DNA of 64,000 bases from Octopus vulgaris (lineage: Eukaryota), in NCBI GenBank assembly GCA_951406725.2, contig OX597815.1, forward strand, positions 138,756,001 through 138,820,000, in the 5' to 3' direction. The first letter of the stretch is position 1, and each line of letters opens with the position of its first letter. Positions 1-12,604 of this stretch are shown here, one piece after another. Below the pieces are notes generated by a model, which was not told the origin of the DNA, searched no databases, and saw nothing but the letters and a program-made list of their open reading frames with translations. Position numbers and translations under genes: made by a program.

Positions 1-1039
1 ACTGACTGTAACGGTAGAATTTGAAGGAGAAATTATGTCTTTCAATAGTTAACTTCCTTTACAATTACATTTCTCAATGGCTAGGTATAACCGCAGATAT
101 GAACGATCTTTAAAATACTGTAAGTTATACGGAGTACTAGTAAAGGAATAAACTACTTAATACTTCGTACAGACAAAATAAAAAAGAAAGGTAACTTAGG
201 GTATTTTCTAGCCGTGAACGTATATAGTTATAATAAACTTTGTTATAGAAGGATTTTTTTCAGTATTTAATTAATCGACATTCCTGGTGATAGACAGGAT
301 AGTATACTTCGAGAAAAAACATCTACAATAATGTGTAAAAAGAAATATTTTCGTCTTTACATATATGTACTATTGGACATTCAAATACTGGTTGTGTTAA
401 GTAAAAAATGTTTTTTAAATCTGATTAAATCAGTAGAATATAATTAGTCTTATAGACTCCGGACATGGATACATGCGCTCTTAACATAGTTCATAAAACA
501 TAGAGTTTACCATAAAACCAAAGTTAATTCCCATATCCATTATTACTAACATTAATCTATTTTCGTTTAGGACATCATTTTGTATTTGTTCTGGATCAGT
601 TGGTTTAGCAGGTAGCTAACTCGTGTTAATAAACAAAACTGACAGACTAAGCGTTCATTCAGTTTATCAATATCTTAAATTCAGCAAAACAAATAGCTGG
701 ATGTGTGATTAAACTGACATATTTAACATTCAGATAATTCCATTTAAGTGATGGGTTTCTGAAAATTTACCTCCTGCCGATGCGATCATGTAGAAAGCAG
801 GTAATATACGCACACATATTTAGATTAAAGACTTAGATAATAACATAGAATATATTTAAAATATATATGGCTACATTAAGAGGAAATATTCGAAAAACAG
901 AAAGAGAGTACACGAAAGTACACAGAAAAAGAGTACCTGCCGAGGCTATAATGAAACACATCTCATATTCAATTATAATCCAAAGCGTTGCAGCAGTGGT
1001 CATAGCCATGGCTGATAAATTGAGGTTTGTGCGCGTATT

Positions 1040-1600
1040 CTTTTCTACTCGAATTTTTGGGAGAGGGGGACAGTCGATTTGATCGACCCCAAGACGCATC
1101 TGGTACTTACTTTATCGAACCCGAAAGGATGAAAGGCAAAGTCGACCTCGGCAGAATTTGAACTCAGAACGTAAAGACAGACGAAATACCTATTTCTTTA
1201 CTACCCGTAAGGGGCTAAACACAGAGAGGACAAACAAGGACAGACAAACGGATTAAGTCGATTATATCGACCCCAGTACTGGTACTTATTTAATCAACCC
1301 CGAAAGGATGAAAGGCAAAGTCGACTTCGGCGGAATTTGAACTCAGAACGTAACGGCAAACGAAATACCTATTTCTTTATTACCCACAAGGGGCTAAACA
1401 TAGAGGGGACAAACAAGGACAGACATTAGTATTAAGTCGATTACATCGACCCCAGTGCGTAACTGGTACTTAATTTATCGACCCCGAAAGGATGATAGGC
1501 AAAGTCGACCTCGGCGGAATTTGAACTCACAACGTAACGGCAGACGAAATACCACTGAACATTTCACCCGGCGTGCTAACATTTCTGCCAGCTCGCCGCC
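1040..1600 (-). mobile_element. Head-to-tail trimer of a tRNA-derived SINE: 1370-1600 full head with LINE-type tail; 1191-1369 headless with LINE-type tail; 1040-1190 headless with ordinary tail
   Basis: Three repeats of the core gaaaggatga(a/t)aggcaaagtcgac(c/t)tcggc(g/a)gaatttgaactca. The minus-strand head aggcggcgagctggcag...gagttcaaattcc has A/B-box-like motifs. Flanking near-TSD tttgtgcg(c/a)gtatt at 1026-1039 and 1601-1614. Confidence 0.85.
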
Positions 1601-4600
1601 TTTGTGCGAGTATTAACAGAAAAGAAATTCAGTTGAGTTTTAACTTTAAGAAGAACAGTATAGGTAAGATATTTATTAAGGAGGAACTTTAGGGATGAGA
1701 GAAGAATCTCATCTAAAATCTACTCGTTATCTACTTATATCATCTGCATTTACATGAAGGGAAACTTTTTTTCGTACATTGTGTACTCATTAAAAGTTTT
1801 GTAATGGAATTTCCATTTCCTTTATTAGTTATTTTGAGCTAGCTGACGAACATCGAGCTTTCGCAGTTTTAACTATACGCTATAGTTGATAATTATTATG
1901 AGTAACTCTAGTAAGTGGACAAGGGTATATATTGTTTCATATAAATTGTCATCAATGGATTTACGCGTTTGACTGATATGTTCAGTAATGGGTAACTGTG
2001 CTGAGTGATTTTGTGGATGACGTATCTGTGTATTTGATATGTACAAACCCACTTCAACCCCCCCCACACACACACACAGACGCAAACACACACACGCACA
2101 AATGCTGAAATTTCGTATATCAGGGTACAAACAAACATTTGCTATTTACACAATGATCTTTTAAAATGTCATAGGTGAGTGACCAAAATACAGAAGATGC
2201 TCAATAAGTCTGCAGTAATGAAAGAAAGTCACAATAATATGTAGAATACATAATATATCTATATTTACCGTGCGTGTCTATTAAACATTTTAAAATTGAA
2301 ATACTAGAGAGTATTTTGTCCTGTTTATTACATATTTGATTAATTTTTGTCTGAATATCTCACTTATTTTAAGTGAATTTTGAGAGCTGTTTGTTTTCTA
2401 TTTACTCTCACTGATAGTTATTTTCGAAATATTACTGAATATTGTCTGCTGATTTTTCATGACAAAACAAATATAGTATAAATGGCATAGATATCAGTTT
2501 TTCTTTTTTCTTTCACTTTCAAACTAAATTGACATATCGCTGATGAAAATTATTTCATTAATTGAGCAAACACGCTTCTTTATTAACTTTTAACATTTCG
2601 AATTATTTTCATAAATTCCTACACAAAACAAAGTTTCCATATATGTATAGGATAATTATTGAAATTTATAACTGAGAATTTCTAATTTACATTGACCGAT
2701 AAGTGTTTTCAATTAAATAAAGTTAATTACTAAATGTAAAACGACTATATTTGTTGACAAATAGGCGAAAGTAATCTTACGCAGATTACAAAACAAACAA
2801 ATCAATCTAGTTTAAGGTATGGCCATCATTAAGACAGCTAAAATCATTTCTATATCTGTTCAATATCTTAGTTTTGCTGTTTGGCACGTGACACATATTG
2901 GTTCCCGCTTGTTTTTAAGGACTTCTCTTAATATTATAATGCATTTAAGAAAGATGCACAAATATATATACATTTTATTATATATTTTGGACAAGAATGA
3001 AAATTGTGATAATGACAATCGTAGACTCTCCCACGCACATCGTATTACAACATTAATGTTCAGTATTGACACTTGCATGTTGATTGTAGAAACAAATATC
3101 TAGAGTCTAGGGATACTGGAGAAGTTTGTACACCAGTCCGCGGAAGATTTTCACCGTAGTGATAAGCGTGCTTCTGCAGATATAGTACAGATGACGAGAA
3201 GTTGACAGATGGATGTAGTAGTTATGTGAGAGTAGAGTTGCTGCGCAATTAGCTCTAAATAAGAGACGCTTTTGTATAATATGCAGAAGATAAACAGTGA
3301 CGGGATGAAGCAGCTACATATTAAAAAAATGAAGCGTGTTCGTGCGTGCTTTGTTACTAATCGGACGATTAGTTATATTTTGCATTTGGTTTAGGATATT
3401 TTAATTTGCATTAACAGAATTAAGAAATATATTGTCTAAATATGAAGCATTAGATGAAATATGTACTGTTCTTGAAGAGGATTGCTAGTCATTTGTACCA
3501 ACTTTGAATGTTTTACTTGTGTGCTGCACTATGATATAGGTGCTGATAAACAATACGGTTTACCTTATGTGTGAGGTCTTTGTGTCATTGTGAAATTAAA
3601 TTCTTTATATTACAGTGATTGTACAATGTATGTAAAGAAATTAAGGTACCTTTATGAAAGATTATATCGAAGATAGGAAAAATAACAGCAACTTGTTACA
3701 GTAACCCTAGTTCTAAACTTCAAAAGTAACAGGTGTCCTTGCTATATAACAAGGTAAAATTGCATGGAGTCCACCATATTTGAACATAAAACCAGTTATG
3801 CCGTTTCTTTGTTAATGCTCTATTCATAATACTAAGAATCACTCGGTAATTATGGCTGAATATTCAGCAGTAGCTATATGTAGCTGTATATTTGGCGATG
3901 AATTGTAGTTCCCAATCATTTTCGTTTTGCTGCAGATCATGTCGCTGGTTTCTCAACTTACTGAGTAAAATTTGTTTTCTTATCTCTAATGGAAGAACAA
4001 AATGTAAAGTTGGTTAAAACCATATGTTTTATTCATATGTACAGCTATTCTAACTTTACTTGAAATCTCAATAGCAGTTTTTTCGACCAATGTAAACCCC
4101 GTAATAGTTAATGCCACATATTGATGCGCGTCCTGAACTACCGCTGACACCTGCAAGCTGTGACATTTGTTTAAACAATGATTTTTTAAAAATGTATTCT
4201 GATTTTAACGGAAACTGAATAGTAACCGACATAAGAATATATTTCTTTGGACGATTAACTTTATGCTTAGGGTTAAACATAGCCTCACAATCTCTTGGCT
4301 AGCTTTTTCTTCGATCGCCGCAGGTCTCTTATTGTAGCAGAACTAAGTAATTTCATTTGAAAAGGCGGGTAATAAATTTGAATAAACCAGCCACTTACAC
4401 AGTCATGTTAAAACATTATCAGGATGTCTTATTTTCATTTGAGAGGTGAGAAAGCATAAGCCACATTCGATCTTCACAAATTTTATCATTCTCAGTTACT
4501 TCAATGCCTACACATTTTATTGGGTTTGAAACTAGTTCCTGTCCATAAAAACACAATCATTCACTCACCCGAAAAGCCTGTACATGTTAGTATATATCTT

Positions 4601-5854
4601 TAAAGGAATCTTCAGGTGATTTGGGGTTTTCTATAAACTTCAGTCTTTTATCGCTTCTTAAAAAAAGACCAACCCTACGTGGCAACCACCAACTCATCAC
4701 TCACTGGATAATCTAATTGTTGTATATTGAATATGTTTACAACCTGAGCAGCCAAAGCTCTTACCAAGTGTAAAGAATTCAACCATGACTGCAATCGATC
4801 AAACTTAAAACTATGAGAATGTTTTTATTTTATGATAATACTAGCACCCCAAAGCTCGATATTTTCCTCTCAAAGAGAAATTTTCTAAAACCATGACACC
4901 ACACAACAGTGTTTCGCAATGTGAAGAACAGCTTCTTTCTAATGCAGTTAATCACAAGCATTCTTGCTATCACATCCGACTACTTAGCGACAATGGAAAT
5001 AATTCTAAATCTGTATCCCGTACATTAAATCCAGTCAATCTTTCCCTTATCAGTGATCATTGAGGAGTTTCCTGCGAGACAGTTGTTATATTTCGTCACT
5101 TACTCTTCAAGAAACTTCAACAGGAACAATAGTTTGCTCTTGAAGCAGAAAGATCGACCAGTGTGTCTAAGACTAGGACCTTCTACGTAAGTTGCTCGCT
5201 GATATGTTCCCAATATATATCAAAAGTCACACACATCCACCGCAGTGGATGTGTGTGACATTTGTATATCTACTTTTGCTCACAGATAATAACTATTCTT
5301 TCTATCACAAAGCTAAGTTACGTCTCTCCAAATATCTTCATACTGTATACCAACGACCTCATTTTTTCACGTTTAATAACACACAGAGCTGTGCTGATGA
5401 TACAGCCATTCATACAAAAACTAAAATAAAAAAAAGGAATAAACAGAAAAAAAAAGATTCTGTACATATCAAGAAGACAGACTTATGTCACTCTATTCCT
5501 ACATATATGAAGTAGACAGTCTCATGTTACACTATTTCCATATATATTAAGTATACAAACTTGTTACGTTATTCCTGCATATAAACTACACACATCAAAA
5601 AGCCATAAAGATTTGAAGAGACTTTCAACATTAGTAGAAAATATATGGTGATAATAATGATGAGAATGATGAGAATAATAATGGTGATATTGATGATATA
5701 TGTGTAAGTTGTATTAAATCTTTTTCCTGAAGCATTACGACAAAAATGTATTATGTATATTTAATGAGACACGGTTCTATGATCTGTCTACAGATACTTG
5801 TTAACTATTGCCAAACACATTGAAGTAAGCTGTTTTTCCTAACGTACTGTCATA

Positions 5855-5895
5855 ATATATATAAATATGTATATATGTATATGTGTATATATGTA

Positions 5896-5976
<81 letters not shown>

Positions 5977-6003
5977 GTATCTATCTATCTATCTATCTAT
6001 CTC

Positions 6004-6060
<57 letters not shown>

Positions 6061-6125
6061 ATATATATATATATGGATATACATATATGTATGTATGGAT
6101 ATATATATATATGCATATTACATAC
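5855..6125. repeat. Compound (AT)n/(TATC)n microsatellite
   Basis: Direct inspection. Confidence 0.95.
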
Positions 6126-6318
6126 ACAAATTTAAATAAAGGGTCGTTCCTGAGCCATAGGCTAAAAATGACTCGTTTTCCGGATTCAATGACGTATATA
6201 TCTCCCAGGGTACGGAACGCCAGTATTCCTGCAACAGGATTACTAACTTTTGTCGGTTCAGGAAGCGAAACTATAATCTTGCATTAACACCCTAACCTGT
6301 GCGTCATGCGCCTCATAT

Positions 6319-6320
<2 letters not shown>

Positions 6321-6353
<33 letters not shown>
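6321..6353. repeat. (AC)n microsatellite
   Basis: Direct inspection. Confidence 0.95.
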
Positions 6354-6355
<2 letters not shown>

Positions 6356-7259
6356 ATAACGGCCAAGGGATTGCATCGAGGACGTTCCCCTTCGAGCCAC
6401 GAGGAAAATGAGGTACTTAGCATTTGTGATAAAAAATATATGTATTTAGCACTTTTGAGAGAGTCATCATGAATCATATAGTTATAGGAAATCCATACCT
6501 TATTTATATGTATGTTGTTTGAAAAAGATCAGGAGTTAAAAAATCTGGAGTTAAATTTTGGGAAGTTGTTATTTTGGGAGTGGTTGGGATGTTCCTTGTT
6601 ATATTTTAATCTAAACGTGTTTGTATAGATGTGTCTGCCTATCATTTTATATATGAATGTGCGTGTAAGTATGTGTATGTGGTGAATTGTTTGGAGGATT
6701 GGTTAGAGAGAGAAAAAGAAAAAGAAAAATACATGAAGAAAGAATGAAAGAGGAGTTTTTATCTGGTGTGGCTGAAATTGATGACAAGCCAAAAGAGAAA
6801 TTTCTCTTTTTGCTCAGTTGTTATGGTATACAGTTGTAGAAAATCGAATCTCTCAAATTATATTGGAAGGTCTCTAGATTAGTGTGTATTTAAGCGTATA
6901 TGTGTGAGAGTGTCTGTGCGTGTGTGTTCTGTGTTGGTTGCCTAAGTGAATTTTTCCAGTTATTTTAGTAACAGTCTGGGGACATTATTAATAATAATAA
7001 TATCCAGTGGTAATTTGATTTGATTCATCGGGGACGCTATTGTTTTAATAAGTATTTTTCATGTTTTTATAAACATACTAGCATTAAAGACCCGTCGTTG
7101 CCGGGTCATAGTGCTAGTGCATGTATATATGTGTATATATGTGTGTACATATTACATGTACATCTATATATATACATCTACACATAAAATACAAAATACA
7201 AAGTTATATCTTGATATGGCTTGTGATAACAATACTCAAAATATATAACAGACTGGAAT

Positions 7260-7574
7260 TGTTAGCCCGTCTCTTGTAATTTCGATCAATTGTATCTTGT
7301 CCTCCCTCTTGTATAGAAGTGTGGCTACAATCCAGCCTACCTCTACTTCTGGGAGGGGGAACCTTTTTAATTTTTTTTCCGGGACGTCCTACGTCCCAGA
7401 TATAAAGGTAAAAATAAAATAAAATATTTCCACTTTGCAAGTTTGAGTCTCGAGTACTCCCTTGCACGCTCCGTTGACTCGAACCTTGCTTCTATTGTGG
7501 CGAATTTACCGCCTCTAATTAGATACCTTTCATAGTCGCACCAAGACACTTTTCGAAGGTGCTTTCCTCCATGT
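7260..7574 (-). pseudogene. Decayed ORF1 fragment (downstream half) of a third related LINE; this is the insertion target
   Basis: Frameshifted translation MEESTFEKCLGATMKGI / YLIRGGKFATIEARFESTERA...LPLYLGRRTSR / KVPP / EVEVGWIVATLLYKREDKIQLIEIT aligns to both ORF1s in the window (YINRGKKYGTVEVRF..LPLYKGKRTSK..PPEADAEVLVAAV; FLTRGSKYGTVVVHF..LPTYLNRRITR..PPNVEAEWIVAAV). Confidence 0.8.
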
Positions 7575-7820
7575 TGTTTTATTATTACCCACAAGGGGCG
7601 AACACAGATGGGACAATACATTCTGATGATGGGGTCAGACAAACGAATGGGTTTTTACAATAAATCGGGTTTAAAAATTTTCATGAATAACAATAAATGG
7701 ACAGAAATCGAGTGATAGGACAGACCGGAAGACATTACGGGTGGAGTGGGTGCGGGTTTAGCTCGGACCCCACGAGCCCCGCCTCCCCACTGATACTTTT
7801 GGTTGCACTTGGTATTACAT

Positions 7821-10800
7821 TTATGTTGTAACTTTCATTCGCAACTTCCGTGCTACATCCTTCCATCGTTCTTCATACGCTCTCCTAGTCAGGCATATTC
7901 TCTCCAGCCCTATCTTCCTTTTCAGGTGAAAGATGAAATAATTCATCAAACCAGGGCCGGAGATGAACTTGCCTGACTGTAAACCTTTCATTCTCGTCTT
8001 CCATATCACCTCTTTCGCGATTGCTACTACAACGAGAAAACGAAACTTACCTTCATTCACGAGGAAATCCGGTGGGTCAATTTTTGTAATCGACTCAGTC
8101 GACAGCTGTACTCTTCGTGTACCTGACAACAGGTGTTCGGCATAAACCCACACCTCAGACACGTCCGGACAATGAACAATCGCGTGCGGGACGGTTTCCC
8201 TATCCCGCCCGCATCTTGGACATATCGGACTGTCTTGGCCACCGTGCCTTGCGAGTTTATCCCGAACAGGTAGAGCTCCTCTGTAGCATTGCCATGCCAG
8301 AGACTTCTGGAAGTTGTCCAGTGTCCTTGGCTCGAACGTACGTCGGAACAGACTGGCCAGCTGGTTATCGTCGAGACCTAGGGTTTCCCCAAGGTATCTT
8401 CACATTCCGCCTCTACCAACCCTCTATAGAAGAAAGTGGTGGAACCCCCACCGCAGGCGTTGCCCGAGCGACGGAATAGCAGGAGAGCCTTGCGACACTC
8501 CGTGTACCAAGTACCAAGTTTCGATCTACGATTCAGCCAGGTTTCCCATCCACCGAAACTAGTGAACTTGGGAAACATCAGTTTTGCTAGCGAAGACCAC
8601 ACCCGTTCACCATCCAGGTAGAGCCACAGATGTCTTAACCTCAGCGCATGTCTGCGCATCATCAGCCAAGGCATCCCTAGCCCACCCTTTAACGGTTGTT
8701 GACAGCAAGTAGAGCGTTTCACAAGTGGTTTCCCGCCCTTCCACAAGAAGTAGAAGAGCTGTCTTTCCAACTTGATCAACCACGAATCAGGGCAAGGAAC
8801 GACGGAAAGGCGGTAGGTGATAACCGATGCGATAAACACATTGGCCACCTCCGCCCTCCCTTTCAGGGATAGCCACCGCCAAGACCAGGTCTTGGCTACT
8901 GCAGCCACCTTGCTCGTTACCTCGCCCCAATTCTTCTCTATTTGGAGGTCTGGACCGAACCAGACCCCTAGCAGTTTAATCGGACCCTCCGTCCAACGTC
9001 CCACGACGCTGTCAGGAGGCATCGACTTGCCTCTCCAGGTGCCGAGTTGCAAGCCGACTGACTTTTCGCGATTAACTTTTGCTCCTGTCACCGTCTCGTA
9101 CACCTCTATGGCCTTGCCTACTTTACATAGGTGGTCCATTTCGGTTACGATGATGGTGATGTCATCCGCGTACGCTGACACTGATTTTCCATTACCTGGC
9201 TGTCTCGGGATGCCGCTCAGTTTTCGCAGTAATGGCTCAAGAGCCATCACGTACAAAAGCGGGGAGAGCGGACACCCTTGACGAACCGAGCGTTTGATTT
9301 TGAACGGCTTCGACAAGAAGCCGTTCACCCGAACTACCGAGTCGATGTTATCATAAATTTCGATAATCCACCTGAGGAATCCAAGGCTCAGCCCGAACTG
9401 TGCCAGGGCAGATACCAGGTAACGATGGTCGACCCTATCAAAAGCTTTAGATTGGTCTAAATGGACCAGTGCCCCACCCTTGCCAGAATCACTATTAAAC
9501 CCCTCTATAGTGTACCGCATTAGATGGAGATTATCCTGAATGGATCTGCCCGGAACGGCACATGTCTGTGGCCCCTCCGATCAGACCATCCGCGACACGC
9601 GCCAATCTTTTCGATAACACTTTGGCCAAAATCTTCAACTCTGTGTTTAGCAGAGTGATGGGCCTGAAATTATCAATGCACTCCCCCTTGCTCGGGTCCT
9701 TTCTGACGAGAGTCACTACTCCCCGGCGCACAGATCTGGGTATAAGCCCGTTCTGCTGCCAGTTCGCGTAGACCTCCGCCAGTAGGTGCCCGAACAAGTC
9801 TGGCATACTCTTATATAACTCATAGGGTAGACCATCCAAACCCGGCGCCTTGCCCGCGCCGCAGTCCGCCATTGCCTCAACCACCTCCTCAGGCGTGATT
9901 GGCCCTTCACAGCCCTCCGCATCTCGCCCCGATAAGCGCGGCAGACCGTCGAGTAGGTCCGTAAAGGCCCTCCTCCTATCCAGTCCGCCGCACTCACCGA
10001 AAAGCTGAGCGAAGTGCTCCTGAAAGGCCTCACACATCTCCTCGGGTTCGTTTATCAACTCACCTTGTTGGTTCGTCAAAGATCGAATCGTGGCATCGTT
10101 ACCATGCTGAGCTTCCACCACTCGGGCCCATCTCACGGCGTTGATTCCTTCACATCCCATATGACGGATTCTAGCCCTGACAATGCAGCCCATGTGTTTG
10201 GCCTCGAGGTGCTGGTTTAACACCAGTCTCTTGGCCGCCACCTGAGCCGCAGAGCCAGTTTTCATGGCTTCCTCTAATTCCTTAACTAGAGTAGTTTCCC
10301 TTCTAGCCTCTCTAGCCACTACTCCTATGCTATATCTAATAGACTCAAACTTGATGGCTCGTTTGAGGGCGTACCACCATTTGTTATTAATGATGGTACC
10401 AGATAGTGCCCTCTGAATTATATTCCTAATCCGGTCTTTGTACTCCTTAATCGCCAAAAGGGACGTATTAAGTTTCCAGTAACCGGATCCTCTATTTTTA
10501 ACCTTATCTATGTCAAGCTTACAAGTGACCATTTTATGATCACTGTAGCTGATCGGGTAAAACTGTGGACACTTAGCTATTTTACTGTCTACTTTTCTAA
10601 TTAGTATTCTATCTAGATACGACCTGGAAGATCCGTCGCTGTTTGACCATGTCCACAATGGAGCGTTCGGAAATTCCAGCCTATAAGGATCTGCTAGCTC
10701 AAAGCGGCTTAGCAGTTCCATGAAGCCACTGTTGCCTTTTCTATCTGGACACGAGCCAACATAATCTACATCCGCTTTGCAAATTGTGTTAAAGTCTCCT

Positions 10801-11216
10801 AGCACCACTAATGAATGCGAAGTACCAAGAAAGTTTTCTAGTTCACGAAAATAATCACTTTGCCCTGTATGGTTGGGTGCGTAAATTGCAACCAGTCTGA
10901 TAACTTTACCATTACTGAACGTCAAATCCATGACGACCAGCCTACCTTCTGGATCTGCAAAAATTAACTTTTTCTCAGAAACCCGGTTTCTTTTTAATAG
11001 GACCAACACCCCACTCCCGCCTGTAGGACTGCCAGGAGAGAAAAAACTCTCGTAGCCGTCAAACAGCGGGAGTAGACCTCTTGGCCCCTCTAGCCGGGTT
11101 TCTGTAGCAACAATAACATCTAAATTACGCGACCTGATATCATGCAGGAAGCGACCTTGCTTCCAGCCTGCTCCCAGGCCGCGCACATTTAAACAACCAA
11201 CATAAATGTAATCCAT
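7821..11216 (-). CDS. LINE ORF2: APE endonuclease, reverse transcriptase and C-terminal zinc finger; two 1-bp frameshifts (~9570, ~8387)
   Basis: APE motifs LNVRG, ETR, IYAPN, GDFN, LDRI, SDH. RT motifs LDQSKAFDRV, QGCPLSP, YADD. Bridging the shifts gives QTCAVPGRSIQDNLHLMR and ETLGLDDNQL...CPRCGRDRETVPHAIVHC, which joins the ORF pieces 9531-11216, 8378-9520 and 7821-8162. Confidence 0.92.
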
Positions 11217-11225
11217 TACTTACCT

Positions 11226-12604
11226 TTATATCAGTGGTTCGGTTTTTTCTTCTTCTTCCTTCTCTTTTTCTGGGCCTCGTGGGGGAGTCTGACGTAGGCC
11301 CTCGAATATATGTGGAGATGTTACATCCAACCTAAGTGGGCCTACGTCATGGAAGAATTCTGACTTTATCCGCCCGTAATCCTTCCGGTCTATTTTGTAA
11401 ATTACAAAGTCATTTTTTTTCTCTACTCTCTTCACATTGGCCATGGCTGCCAACACGTTTCCGAGTCTGCTATTTGATGCTTTTACGGCCATATATGAGT
11501 TCATTGACTCTTTTTTCTTTTTTAAAATTACTCTGGGAGGGGTGGTTTCCGTTTTTCTTTTTTTTTTTCCGATAATTTTTGCCCACCCCTCCTCATTTAT
11601 CTTTTCCTCGCTCTTTTTTTCTCCGCCGCTGGTTCTGCTGTTACCATCACCTCCACACCTTCAGTCTTCCCTTCTGGGCCGTCTGACGCTGCTTCTGGTG
11701 ACACATTGTCTTCTTTTTCTTTTGGCTTAGGTGCTTCCTGCGGTTTGGGTTGGGGCTGGCATTCCGCCCTTACATGCCCCTTCTTACCGCAGCCGAAGCA
11801 CCTCGGCTTTCTGCCCTCTACGAAGACTGTGACTCTTTCATCTTCGCTTATCCTTAGAGTCTCTGGGATCTCTTCCAGGGTTTGTACTTCTGCTTGTATG
11901 GCTATTATTATCTTTTGCCCTTTCCAGAATTCTTCTTCTTCTACGGTGGCCTGGAGGATGTTTATTTTTTCCTCCAGGCCTACCATAACTGCTGCCACTA
12001 GGACTTCGGCATCCGCTTCTGGCGGGATGTTGTTCATTGTGATCTTGGAAGTTCTCTTGCCTTTATACAGGGGTAGGAGAACAATATCCTCCGCTTTTAT
12101 GGGTTCCATGGATAGCTTCTTCGCTACCTCCTCTGACGTGAATCTCACCTCCACTGTGCCGTATTTCTTCCCTCGATTGATATACGTAATTTTATCCATT
12201 ATTGGCTTTAAGCAGTTTTCAATCTTTTTCTCCTCTATTTTTTGGATTGCTCTGTTTGTTATACTGAATGTCTTATAGATTATTCTCCTATTCGAAATAT
12301 CCTCCTGTATTTTGGCGTTTGAAGCCACGGTTACTTCCGTGCCCTCTTTTGACACACAGTCCGCATGTTTTCCCAGGTTGTCCACGTTAATTTTTTTAAT
12401 TTTCTTCCCAGCCACTTCAGCGAATTTTTTTGCTGGAGTTGATGCTGGTACTGGTTTTACCATTTTCTTGGGCGACGCCGCCTCTTTTTTCTTCGGCGAC
12501 AGCGCCTCTTTTTTTCTTGGCGACAACGCCTCTTTTTTACTTGGCGACAACGCCGGGTATTCATCCTCGCTCGTCACGGGCGAATAAGTGATGGGGGACT
12601 CCAT
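11226..12604 (-). CDS. LINE ORF1 (RRM-like region plus CCHC zinc knuckle, ~460 aa), one frameshift in an A-run at ~11615
   Basis: CFGCGKKGHVRAEC matches CX2CX4HX4C. Shifting frame gives SEEKINEEGWAKIIGKKKRK...KESMNSYMAV, in frame with ORF 11226-11504. The first ATG is at 12604. Confidence 0.85.
12465..12552 (-). repeat. 24-bp coding minisatellite in ORF1 encoding (A-L/A-S-P-x-K-K-E) about 4 times
   Basis: ALSPSKKE ALSPRKKE ALSPKKKE AASPKK. Confidence 0.85.

Noticed and set aside
3080-4450. Possible decayed LTR-retrotransposon or other coding remnant on the minus strand
   Set aside because: Only a vague resemblance; no diagnostic motif or LTR pair could be confirmed.
5867-6287. ORFs rich in YI/YVCM/HT (also at 38152-39876, 51522-52045, 57478, 58342-58719 and 63430)
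   Set aside because: They are translations of microsatellites.
7430-7575. Possible snRNA/tRNA target gene next to the LINE 3' end, as expected for some Tx1 elements
   Set aside because: I see no match to U1, U2, U4, U5, U6, 5S or tRNA as I recall them; the sequence is better explained as decayed ORF1.
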